From contig JARLIE010000236.1 in NCBI GenBank assembly GCA_031291875.1, positions 1 through 50,260 of the forward strand: a stretch of DNA of 50,260 bases. Reading direction: 5' to 3'. The notes under the pieces are model-generated. The model worked only from the letters and a program-made list of their open reading frames with translations. It ran no database searches and was not told where the DNA came from. Within the stretch, counting starts at the first letter, position 1; the number at the start of each line of letters is the position of its first letter. The position numbers and the translations under genes were made by a program. Below are positions 16,367-24,257 of the stretch, piece after piece. Source of the stretch: Minisyncoccota bacterium (lineage in GTDB: Bacteria > Patescibacteriota > Minisyncoccia > Phycocordibacterales > UBA2100).

Positions 16367-17803
16367 ATGACGGCAAAAATCACGTTTTACGGAGGCGCAG
16401 GGACAGTTACCGGTGCAAATTTTCTACTCGACACTCGTTCGGCAGGTTCAGATCAAGTCGGCAAAAGGATACTCGTCGACTGTGGAGCGCTTGAGCGCGA
16501 AAATCCTACCAACCAGATTTGCGACGAGGAAAATGTGAAGCCGTTTGCTTACGATCCGAAGTCGATCGACGTGCTTTTTATTACCCACGCGCACCAAGAC
16601 CATATCGGCCGAGTCCCGAAGCTTGTTCGCGACGGTTTTCGAGGGGTCATTATCTCAACCCCCGCGACGAAAGACATCAGCAGAATCATGTTTGAGGATG
16701 CGCTCTCTATCATGCGCGATCAGCTGCAGAAACACGGCTGCCAACCAGTGTACGAACAGCATGATGTCGATGTGGCGCTCTCGCTCTGGCGTACTCACGA
16801 GTATCACGAACCCTTCGATCTCAATGATCTACAGATGAGATCCCAGGACGACTCAGCGGGATCTGAAGATTCGGTTGGGGTCGAGTTTCTCGATGCAGGG
16901 CACATTCTCGGCTCCGCTATGGTTAAGCTGACGAGGGGCGATCGTACTATTATTTTTAGCGGAGATCTCGGCAATACACCGGAGCCATTACTGAATGATT
17001 TGGAGACGCCATTCGGGGCAAACTATCTCGTTATGGAAAGCGTTTATGGCGATCGTGTGCATGAAGATCGCGACGCTCGTCGGGATATTTTGAAAGCCGC
17101 CGTGCAGGATATTCAACGCAAACAAGGCACGCTTCTCATTCCTTCGTTTTCGGTCGAACGGACACAGGTGCTCCTCTTTGAGCTTAACGAAATGATCGAG
17201 CGCAAAGAAATCGAATCGATCCCCGTCTATTTCGATGCTCCGCTTGCGATACGCGTAACGAGTGTGTTCGAGGTATATAGAAAAGATCTCAATGCAGCCG
17301 CGCAGAAAGAGTTCGAACACGGCCGCGATCCATTTGCGTTCCCGTCATTGCTACGGATTCCCACGACAAGAAAGTCGAGCGAGATTCACGAGACGCCGGA
17401 CCCTAAAATCATCATTGCCGGTGCAGGCATGTCCTCCGGCGGTAGGATTCGAGCCCACGAAAAGCAGTATTTACCGGCTAAAAACGCGATCGTTCTGCTG
17501 GTCGGTTACCAGGCGCCAGGCTCGCTCGGCAGGCGCATCCAGGAAGGCCAGAAGAAAGTGGTGATCGACGGTGAATCCATTGTCGTACATGCGGAAATTC
17601 GCTCGTTGAGTGGTTATTCCGGTCATGCCGATCGCGATCAGTTGCTCTCGTTCGCGGAAGCGGCGGGCGAATCGCTCCAAAAAGTTTTCGTCGTGATGGG
17701 GGAACCGAAATCTTCGGCGTTTCTCGCGCAACGAATCAGAGATTATTTGAACGTCGAGGCGGTTACGCCGGCACAAAACGACACTGCAATAATTGATTGG
17801 TGA
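16367..17803 (+). CDS. MBL-fold beta-CASP family nuclease (CPSF73/RNase J-like RNA-processing hydrolase)
   Basis: HAHQDHIG motif II. DAGHILGSA, ...ESVYGD..H, ...GYSGHAD beta-CASP motifs. Confidence 0.85.
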   Translation: MTAKITFYGGAGTVTGANFLLDTRSAGSDQVGKRILVDCGALERENPTNQICDEENVKPFAYDPKSIDVLFITHAHQDHIGRVPKLVRDGFRGVIISTPATKDISRIMFEDALSIMRDQLQKHGCQPVYEQHDVDVALSLWRTHEYHEPFDLNDLQMRSQDDSAGSEDSVGVEFLDAGHILGSAMVKLTRGDRTIIFSGDLGNTPEPLLNDLETPFGANYLVMESVYGDRVHEDRDARRDILKAAVQDIQRKQGTLLIPSFSVERTQVLLFELNEMIERKEIESIPVYFDAPLAIRVTSVFEVYRKDLNAAAQKEFEHGRDPFAFPSLLRIPTTRKSSEIHETPDPKIIIAGAGMSSGGRIRAHEKQYLPAKNAIVLLVGYQAPGSLGRRIQEGQKKVVIDGESIVVHAEIRSLSGYSGHADRDQLLSFAEAAGESLQKVFVVMGEPKSSAFLAQRIRDYLNVEAVTPAQNDTAIIDW

Positions 17804-17816
17804 TATACTATTCGCC

Positions 17817-18497
17817 ATGGCAAAACGAACACTCCACCCGAACCACGCAAAAGTCCCGCAAAATTTTTGCCGTCTTCCCGACGGCTACGGCGTCGCGAAG
17901 ATCGCGGTTTCCGGTTCTGCCGACACGACGTACTCTGGCTTGGACGCATTTGAAAAAGCGAAGGAGCTTGGTCGTGAAATTGCGCGAGCGGGAGCGATCA
18001 TCGAAACGGGCGCGACGACCGGCTTTCCGATGTATGCGGCGCTCGGCGCAAAAGACGAGTGCGGCTTTTCGATAGGATTTTCACCTGCTTCTACGGAACA
18101 CGAGCACGTGAACGTCTATAAGCTCCCACTCGATTTCATGGACGTCATTGTTTACACGGGCTTTGGTTACTCCGGACGCGACCTTATTTTGGTGCGCTCG
18201 TGCGACGCGATCGTAATCGGCCCGGGCCGAATCGGAACCCTGAACGAATTTTCGGTCGCGTTTGAAGACAACCGCCCGATAGGTATTTTGGAAGGGGATT
18301 GGAAGACAGCGGAATTTCTCCGTGAGGTTATCGGGGCGGCACACCGCGAAAACGACAGGATCGTTTTCGACTCTGATCCGAAAGCATTGGTAACTCGCCT
18401 GATCGAAATGGTGCAAAAACAGAAGGAGAAGGACCTAGTTTACAACAATCACGACACCTGGAGTGCAACAGGGAAGAATGCGGAGGTGATCTTATAG
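17817..18497 (+). CDS. SLOG/LOG-superfamily protein (TIGR00725-like)
   Basis: KIAVSGSA.....ELGREIARAGAIIETGATTG...DAIVIGPGRIGTLNE pattern. TGaTATACT box 7 nt upstream of the ATG at 17817. Confidence 0.7.
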   Translation: MAKRTLHPNHAKVPQNFCRLPDGYGVAKIAVSGSADTTYSGLDAFEKAKELGREIARAGAIIETGATTGFPMYAALGAKDECGFSIGFSPASTEHEHVNVYKLPLDFMDVIVYTGFGYSGRDLILVRSCDAIVIGPGRIGTLNEFSVAFEDNRPIGILEGDWKTAEFLREVIGAAHRENDRIVFDSDPKALVTRLIEMVQKQKEKDLVYNNHDTWSATGKNAEVIL

Positions 18498-18537
18498 TTG
18501 TCCACCGCGCTCTTGGTGGGTGCTATACTGGTTACAT

Positions 18538-18614
18538 AGTAGTTACTGTCAAATGTCTATGACTTTCGGCGGAGGCCACTAAGAAAATTTCCCCTCGCAA
18601 GAGGGGATTTTTTT
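18538..18614 (+). ncRNA. Candidate short RNA of about 75 nt (extended -10 promoter plus terminator)
   Basis: TGcTATACT ending at about 18532. CATAG...CTATG stem. Terminator TCCCCTC-GCAA-GAGGGGA plus T7 (18590-18614). Confidence 0.25.
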
Positions 18615-18631
18615 GTCATATACTGCGGCGT

Positions 18632-19930
18632 ATGGATGAGGTGAAGCCCGAAAGCAAAGAGCCGCGAAATGCATGTAGCGCGTGTGGCGCTTCTCCAGTT
18701 AATCATACGGTGGCGTTTTTTACCCAATCTATCGAGGCGTGGCTCGATGATCGACTGTTGCCACTACGAAGCTCTGCTATGTATCGACGGCTGGACCTCC
18801 TCACGGATCGTTGGCTGGAGAGTCTCTTGCCGCCGCTCGTTTCTGCGCTACATGCGCTTCGAATCGTTCGCTTCTCCCGGGATCAAGAACGAGCAAACAC
18901 GTACCGCTCTCAGGTGATTTGGGAGGAGGCATCGCGTCGGGGCATAGTCATGGAGCAGGTGGTCTTTCTTGGAGCTACAAGCGAGCTGTATCGCGCCCGT
19001 ATCGGTACTAAAACGCGGTATTTCCAGAGTTTGCCGATTCCTAGCGAACTGCGGGTGGGTATGTATCCCGGGCTCGACGATAAGTATCTTTTTAAAGCGC
19101 TGTTGCACAAAAACGGTATTGCATCCCCGCGCGCGATTCGCGTTAGTACCAGGAAAGAAGCCGAAAAAGCATACCAAGAGCTCCAAAAACCCCTGGTCGT
19201 GAAACCGCGCATCGGAACGCGAGCGCGTCACACGACGACCAATATTTTCATGTTAGAAGACCTGTTCAAGGCATTCGACCGGGCGAAAGTTTTGTGTCGC
19301 GAAGGTATGGTCGAAGAGTATCTTGAGGGTGGCGTGTGTCGGGCCACTGTCGTAAATGGTGTCGTAGTCGGTTTCCTCCAAATGTTGCCTGCTCGAGTAA
19401 CGGGCGACGGAATTCATTCCATCAGCGAGCTTGTCGATGAAAAAAATCGGACGCGGCCGGAACGTGTAAAAGAAGTGGTTATCGATGCTGAACACAGGGA
19501 ATACCTTGGTCGTCTTGGGTACGCGCTCGATTCGGTACTGGAAAAAGGCAAGACAATCGCGTTGTCGCGCCGGACGGGTCGTTTCGAGGGAGGTGAAACA
19601 CGCGAGCTACCCCAGGAAATCCATCCAAATTTGCGTCGTTATATTGAGCGCGCGGCGCACGTTCTTCAGGCCATTGTCGTCGGCTTCGACTTGATAATTC
19701 CGGATCCAACTGCTGATCCGGATACCCAGCGATGGGGGATTCTTGAGGGGAATAGTTTACCGTTCATCGATCTACACTATCTGCCTCTTTACGGGCACCC
19801 GTCAAATGTTGCGGCGGCGGTGTGGGATCTCTGGCCGCAAGCACGTCTTTTGAAAGGGTCAAAAATCGTACACGAAGAGCAGGTGCTGTCCATGGGCGCC
19901 GATCTTGTGCGTCAAAGTGATAACGTTTGA
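18632..19930 (+). CDS. ATP-grasp ligase resembling the N-terminal ATP-grasp module of cyanophycin synthetase
   Basis: DDKYLFKALL..NGI..P......A..AY.EL.KPLVVKPRIGT.ARH, V.GDG.HSI.ELVDEKN..RP, ...GFDLI..D....RWGILEGNS.P pattern. Confidence 0.75.
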   Translation: MDEVKPESKEPRNACSACGASPVNHTVAFFTQSIEAWLDDRLLPLRSSAMYRRLDLLTDRWLESLLPPLVSALHALRIVRFSRDQERANTYRSQVIWEEASRRGIVMEQVVFLGATSELYRARIGTKTRYFQSLPIPSELRVGMYPGLDDKYLFKALLHKNGIASPRAIRVSTRKEAEKAYQELQKPLVVKPRIGTRARHTTTNIFMLEDLFKAFDRAKVLCREGMVEEYLEGGVCRATVVNGVVVGFLQMLPARVTGDGIHSISELVDEKNRTRPERVKEVVIDAEHREYLGRLGYALDSVLEKGKTIALSRRTGRFEGGETRELPQEIHPNLRRYIERAAHVLQAIVVGFDLIIPDPTADPDTQRWGILEGNSLPFIDLHYLPLYGHPSNVAAAVWDLWPQARLLKGSKIVHEEQVLSMGADLVRQSDNV

Positions 19931-20428
19931 CGGCTCTTTTTGGGGTATTGAGAAGGCACGCGAAGCGAGACGGCCTTTGAACTCCTGCTCAAACTTCGGT
20001 TTCAGCCTGAGCATCATCGAGTCGAGCAGGTATGTATAAATCTTCGAGGCTTGCGCTAGATCTGTTGCAAAGAAATCGCCTCGTCGGAATTCTACATTGG
20101 CAGGGTTGCCGCCAAAGCGTTTGCGGGCGAGTGCTAAAGCATGGAGAAAAGGGTTGCGTTCGACACCCATGAATTTCGCTTCAGGTTGCAGGAGGGCGCA
20201 GGACAGCATGAACTTGCCGTCTCCGCTCCCAAGCTCATAAACAACATCGCCACTGCGGATATCCAGGGTTTCTAGTACTAGTTTCGAATACCGGGCTGGC
20301 GTCGGAACGAAAGGGGCGTCGACTATTCCAAAGGCAAGCCACCTAAACAGCAGCCAAGCGTACAGTGCGATACTAACGAGAAGACCGACCTGTATCGATA
20401 ACAGGATCGTCGAGATGAGCGCGAGCAT
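19859..20428 (-). CDS. Membrane-anchored seven-beta-strand SAM methyltransferase (FAM173/lysine-MTase-like)
   Basis: N-terminal TM, DAPFVPTP motif, motif I VYELGSGDGKF. Confidence 0.7.
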   Translation of the reverse strand: MLALISTILLSIQVGLLVSIALYAWLLFRWLAFGIVDAPFVPTPARYSKLVLETLDIRSGDVVYELGSGDGKFMLSCALLQPEAKFMGVERNPFLHALALARKRFGGNPANVEFRRGDFFATDLAQASKIYTYLLDSMMLRLKPKFEQEFKGRLASRAFSIPQKEPSNVITLTHKIGAHGQHLLFVYDF

Positions 20429-20447
20429 GCGCCCACTGTAGCATCAC

Positions 20448-20792
20448 TTATTTGAGCTGTTGGAGGACGCGAGCGAACGCTTCCGGGTGGTCTTTCGCGA
20501 GCGCAGAGAGCGATTTGCGATCGAGGGCGATATTGCTCTTTTTGAGAGCGCCGATCAGCTTGGAGTATGATACGCCGTTGTCGCGAGCAGCTGCATTGAT
20601 GCGAATAGAGAAGAGTTGGCGGAAAACTCGCTTCTTGCGCTTGCGGTCGCGGAACGCGTGGACACCGGCGTGGCGTACGGCGACGCGGGCGATGCGCTCT
20701 TTCTTAGAGCGATCGAAACGATAGCCCTTAGCCTGCGCAAGGAGGTTCTTGCGGCGCTTGTTCTTTGTTGTGCCTCGTTTGACGCGTGCCAT
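20448..20792 (-). CDS. rplT: 50S ribosomal protein L20 (bL20)
   Basis: MARVKRGTTKNKRRK.LL..AKGY motif. Confidence 0.95.
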   Translation of the reverse strand: MARVKRGTTKNKRRKNLLAQAKGYRFDRSKKERIARVAVRHAGVHAFRDRKRKKRVFRQLFSIRINAAARDNGVSYSKLIGALKKSNIALDRKSLSALAKDHPEAFARVLQQLK

Positions 20793-20801
20793 AGAGATTA
20801 C

Positions 20802-20987
20802 TTATGAAAGGAATCGGCTTTTTGCCGTGTTGTCGAGAACAGCGTGGAAGGTGCCCGCGCGGTGGTGGCGACGGGTTTCGTTGCCCGAGCGCTTTGCGTT
20901 AAAGTGGTTCTGACCCGGCGCGCGAGCGACGATCTTGCCCTTCTTCGTAACGCGAAGGCGCTTCATGTACGATTTGTTGGTTTTCAT
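20802..20987 (-). CDS. rpmI: 50S ribosomal protein L35 (bL35)
   Basis: MKTNKS..KRLRVTKKGKI....G..H motif. Confidence 0.9.
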   Translation of the reverse strand: MKTNKSYMKRLRVTKKGKIVARAPGQNHFNAKRSGNETRRHHRAGTFHAVLDNTAKSRFLS

Positions 20988-21595
20988 ACCGTTTCTTCAG
21001 TTTTAGGCTCTGCAGCCTGTTTCGACGACTTCCCCTGCGCGGCTTTTTGCGATGCAGGGTCCCGCTCGATCACGACCGAGAGGCCTTTGGGGCTCTTCTT
21101 GATCTCGTCGGCGATTTTATACGATTCTGGGATGATTGCAAGGAATCGCTCGAGGCGCTCCTTCAGAAAGTTGAATTCCATGTATTTATACCTGCCCCAG
21201 AGGAAAAGGTCGATTTTGACCCGGTGACCCTCGCGCAGCCATGAGCCGATCTTCGAGGCCTTGATATTCATGTCGTTCTGGGAGGTACCAATCTTGACCT
21301 GGGCCTCCTTGGTCTCGGTAACTTTGGCCCGCTGCTTCACTTCTTTATCCTTTTTCTTCTGTTCGTACTTGAAACGGCCATAATCGGTAATTTTGCACAC
21401 CGGTGGGTTGGCGTTGGGGGAGATTTCGATGAGGTCGAGCGATAGTTCGCGGGCCTTCGCGATTGCCTCGGCAATAGTAAGTACGCCGAAGTTCTCTCCT
21501 TCGGGGCCCAAGACGCGCACTTCCTTGGCTCGGATGCTTTCGTTCATGCGGACGTTCTCTTTGTCCGCTTGCGTTGTGTATTTCGTAAATCCCAT
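20984..21595 (-). CDS. infC: Translation initiation factor IF-3 with a C-terminal Lys/Ala-rich tail
   Basis: ...MNESIRAKEVRVLGPEGE..GVL....A...A.E..LDLIEISP.A.PPVCKI.DYGRFKYE motif. ATG start. Confidence 0.93.
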   Translation of the reverse strand: MGFTKYTTQADKENVRMNESIRAKEVRVLGPEGENFGVLTIAEAIAKARELSLDLIEISPNANPPVCKITDYGRFKYEQKKKDKEVKQRAKVTETKEAQVKIGTSQNDMNIKASKIGSWLREGHRVKIDLFLWGRYKYMEFNFLKERLERFLAIIPESYKIADEIKKSPKGLSVVIERDPASQKAAQGKSSKQAAEPKTEETV

Positions 21596-21632
21596 TTGAG
21601 GAGGAGACTATAGCACAAAAAATTGCGCGAAT

Positions 21633-22979
21633 CTATAGAGAACCGAGGTATGAAAGAAGGCTAGTTAGAGCCGCTTTAAGTTGATTGAGGATTCCTCCCA
21701 ACGGGGAATCCGAAGATAGGACGGTCCCGTTCGAACCATTCATCGTTAACGTGTCGTGTATGTAGGTCGGGTTGCTAGGGGCGAGTCCTGCGGGTGCGGT
21801 AGGTTGGTTTTGATTCTGGTTCTGGTTCAATGCAGGAGCTTGCGCCTGGATGATTGTGGAGATACTCGAGTCTAGTAATGGAGAGAGTGCCACGGAGCTG
21901 TTTGAGGTCGCAACGAGAGGATTTACGATAGATCCGGGAACAGAAAGTTGCGACGAGAGCGAGCCCGTTGACTGTGTAGTTACTCCCGAACTACTGATGG
22001 CAGCGGGTGTGGGGGCGCAAATCGTGCCGAGGCAGCCGTAGTTGCATACTTGGAATACGCTGGTCGCGCACGAATTAGCTTGGTAGTACACCGTGCTGTT
22101 GGAGCAGAAATACTTCGGAGTGCAGGCAGAACCACTCGTGGAGCTCGAAGTAGCTGTCGTTGAAAGTGGCTGTGTGGGAGTAATTTGCGGCGTCGTTTGG
22201 GGAATCGAAGAAATTCCGGGGCTTGTGAATGACGGGGCGGTCGGCGAGACGACAGCCGGTGTAAACGTTTGCGGATAGTCGTACGTCGGATCAGATCCAA
22301 TAACCGTACTGGCCGGCAGGAAGTTGCTTGAATTCACGTCGGCATAGCTATACGCGTAGGAGATACCGCTTTGGTCCTGGAAATTACCGGCAACGTTGAG
22401 CACACCCGGCGCCTTGAGACGCGCGGCGAATGTGTTTACGACTCCTGCGAGTGATTGTTTTAAAATACTCCCGTTCGCAGCGCAGCCTTTGGGAAATAAT
22501 GCGCAGGCGTTTTGACTCGGGTCCTGGATATATGCGTTCAGGAATGTTCTTGCGCCGCCGATACCGAGGAAGTGTGCGAGGTACAAACCGACCGTCATAT
22601 CAATTTTCGATTGTTGAATGAGTGAGCCGACTTGGTTTTTGGCGTCGCCGAGCGCAAAGGCTGTTACTTTGGCGGAGAGACTGGGATCGTTTCGTCCCGA
22701 AAGGTCGTACGGTTGGCCGAACATTGCTTTTGTCGCCGCGTACCAAGAGTTGGTCGTCCACTGAAACATCCCGCAGGCACTCGAGGTCGGTGCGCAACCA
22801 GTCGCTTTGCCGCCATTCTCGACGATCGCGATCTTTGCGAGTATTCCGTTTGGCAATTGGTACATTTGCTCGAGCTGGCCGAGGAGTTGATCGAAATTCG
22901 TATCTGCGAAAGCAGAAAACGGTACCGCGAAGCATGCGAGCAGAAGGGTAGAAGCTACAAGCAAGCGGATTGGACGCAT
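21633..22979 (-). CDS. Secreted lysozyme-fold (SLT-like lytic transglycosylase) protein with an S/T/P and Cys-rich linker and a conserved C-terminal tail
   Basis: Signal peptide. VENGG...CGMFQW...YLAHFLGIGGA motifs. Ends ...LLSYLGSL. Confidence 0.7.
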   Translation of the reverse strand: MRPIRLLVASTLLLACFAVPFSAFADTNFDQLLGQLEQMYQLPNGILAKIAIVENGGKATGCAPTSSACGMFQWTTNSWYAATKAMFGQPYDLSGRNDPSLSAKVTAFALGDAKNQVGSLIQQSKIDMTVGLYLAHFLGIGGARTFLNAYIQDPSQNACALFPKGCAANGSILKQSLAGVVNTFAARLKAPGVLNVAGNFQDQSGISYAYSYADVNSSNFLPASTVIGSDPTYDYPQTFTPAVVSPTAPSFTSPGISSIPQTTPQITPTQPLSTTATSSSTSGSACTPKYFCSNSTVYYQANSCATSVFQVCNYGCLGTICAPTPAAISSSGVTTQSTGSLSSQLSVPGSIVNPLVATSNSSVALSPLLDSSISTIIQAQAPALNQNQNQNQPTAPAGLAPSNPTYIHDTLTMNGSNGTVLSSDSPLGGILNQLKAALTSLLSYLGSL

Positions 22980-23087
22980 TACGGTAAGTATACAGAGAGA
23001 ATCATGTGCCGAGTCTGTCTCTGTTGAGAGACTCGAGTATGTCTTATAGGGAGTATTTTCTTAGGGACCCGGGTTTGCGCTTGCATC

Positions 23088-23107
23088 ATTACACCAAAAG
23101 GTGTAAT
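23088..23107. promoter_or_regulatory. Perfect 8-4-8 palindrome ATTACACC-AAAA-GGTGTAAT overlapping the -10 box of the ArsR gene; probable operator
   Basis: Read directly from the sequence. Ends 9 nt before the ATG at 23116. Confidence 0.6.
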
Positions 23108-23115
23108 TTGTGAGT

Positions 23116-23448
23116 ATGCGCGAATTGACTGATGTCCTAACGGCGATAGCACATCCCACAAGGAGGGCGATCATCAGTCGTTTGGCGGCCTCCGGCCCCA
23201 TGCGCTTTACGGACATCGCCGAACCATTAGCCATGCATCTCAATGCAGTCACGAAGCACCTGAAAACGTTGGAACGGGCTAGGCTCGTTAAGCGCAACAG
23301 GGCCGGCAGGGAAGTCTTTGTATCCCTGCAACCGGCACGACTCCGGCTGGTGTCGGAGTATGTGCATGAATATGAGCATTTCTGGAACCAGCGACTCAAT
23401 GAATTCGAGAAACAATTTAAAAATAAAAAACTAAATAAGCATACATAA
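23116..23448 (+). CDS. ArsR/SmtB-family transcriptional regulator
   Basis: ...LTAIAHPTRRAIISRLA.GPMRFTDIAEPL....NAVTKHLKTLERARLV. A GTG at 23110 is an alternative start. Confidence 0.85.
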   Translation: MRELTDVLTAIAHPTRRAIISRLAASGPMRFTDIAEPLAMHLNAVTKHLKTLERARLVKRNRAGREVFVSLQPARLRLVSEYVHEYEHFWNQRLNEFEKQFKNKKLNKHT

Positions 23449-23452
23449 ATCT

Positions 23453-23872
23453 ATGAAGACTATTGAAATTAAGCTTGAGCGCATTATCTCCGCGAAGCCA
23501 AGCGACGTATATAAGGCATGGCTTAATCCAAAGGTACCGGGCTCACCTTGGAATATGGGCGAGAAGCATATTCTCAATCCTAAATCCGGCGCTCTATGGT
23601 ATTGGCTAGTCGGTAAAACGGCTCACTATGGCATGTTCACAAAAATTGAGCCCTCTCATCAGATTCAACAGACGTGGGTTTCGCCGAGCACTATGGGGTA
23701 CGAGTCGTTGCTGACGGTGACCTTCAAAGCGCATACCGATGGCACGCTCATGAGGCTTGTGCACGCCAATCTTCCCAACACCGCAGATGGCAGGGGACAC
23801 AAGGCGGGCTGGAATATGTTTCTCGACAAGTTTCCCAAGCATTTTGAGAAAAAGCCGTCCAAGAAAAAGTAG
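23453..23872 (+). CDS. SRPBCC (AHSA1-like) domain protein
   Basis: Typical ArsR-SRPBCC pairing. ...VYKAWLNP.....W........F..ie....i...W motif. Lower GC. Confidence 0.7.
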   Translation: MKTIEIKLERIISAKPSDVYKAWLNPKVPGSPWNMGEKHILNPKSGALWYWLVGKTAHYGMFTKIEPSHQIQQTWVSPSTMGYESLLTVTFKAHTDGTLMRLVHANLPNTADGRGHKAGWNMFLDKFPKHFEKKPSKKK

Positions 23873-23898
23873 TTCGTTACCTAGTGAAGCTAAAGCAT

Positions 23899-24195
23899 AT
23901 GAAATTTGCTCTCGTATCAGATCATGCTGGTGGCGTTGAAGTTCCGGAACATGAAAAAGAAGCACACCTGATCGCTTTTGGTAAATGGCTGCAGATGATA
24001 AAGCCAAGTATGGCGTTGCCCGTACACGGAGGCGTTTCAGTTACCTCAAACGCCGTCGAAAACTATAAGGGCGCCGTCGCAGGCGTATTGGTTTTTGAAG
24101 CTGAATCGCTTGAGGAAGCAATAGAAAAGACGCAAAAATCACCGGGACTAAAATACGGATGGACTCACGATGTTTTAAAAGAAATGCTGCTATAG
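23899..24195 (+). CDS. Hypothetical protein, possibly YciI-like
   Basis: Size and the ...VLVFEAESLEEAIE....P segment. A GTG at 23884 is an alternative start. Weak call. Confidence 0.35.
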   Translation: MKFALVSDHAGGVEVPEHEKEAHLIAFGKWLQMIKPSMALPVHGGVSVTSNAVENYKGAVAGVLVFEAESLEEAIEKTQKSPGLKYGWTHDVLKEMLL

Positions 24196-24257
24196 ATAGC
24201 TGGCAACAAAACGTCCCTATGGTATTGCAAAATTTGCGCTAACAAATGGCGCTAGCT

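Noticed and set aside
16123-16383. 86-aa minus-strand ORF in the 16.1-16.4 kb gap
   Set aside because: It has no SD or promoter and runs through a terminator hairpin. The region is better explained as a structured RNA or intergenic regulatory DNA.
21790-21830. NQNQNQNQ-coding hexanucleotide mini-repeat as a phase-variation tract
   Set aside because: There are only about 3-4 imperfect repeat units. That is too short to argue for slipped-strand switching, and the repeat is in-frame.
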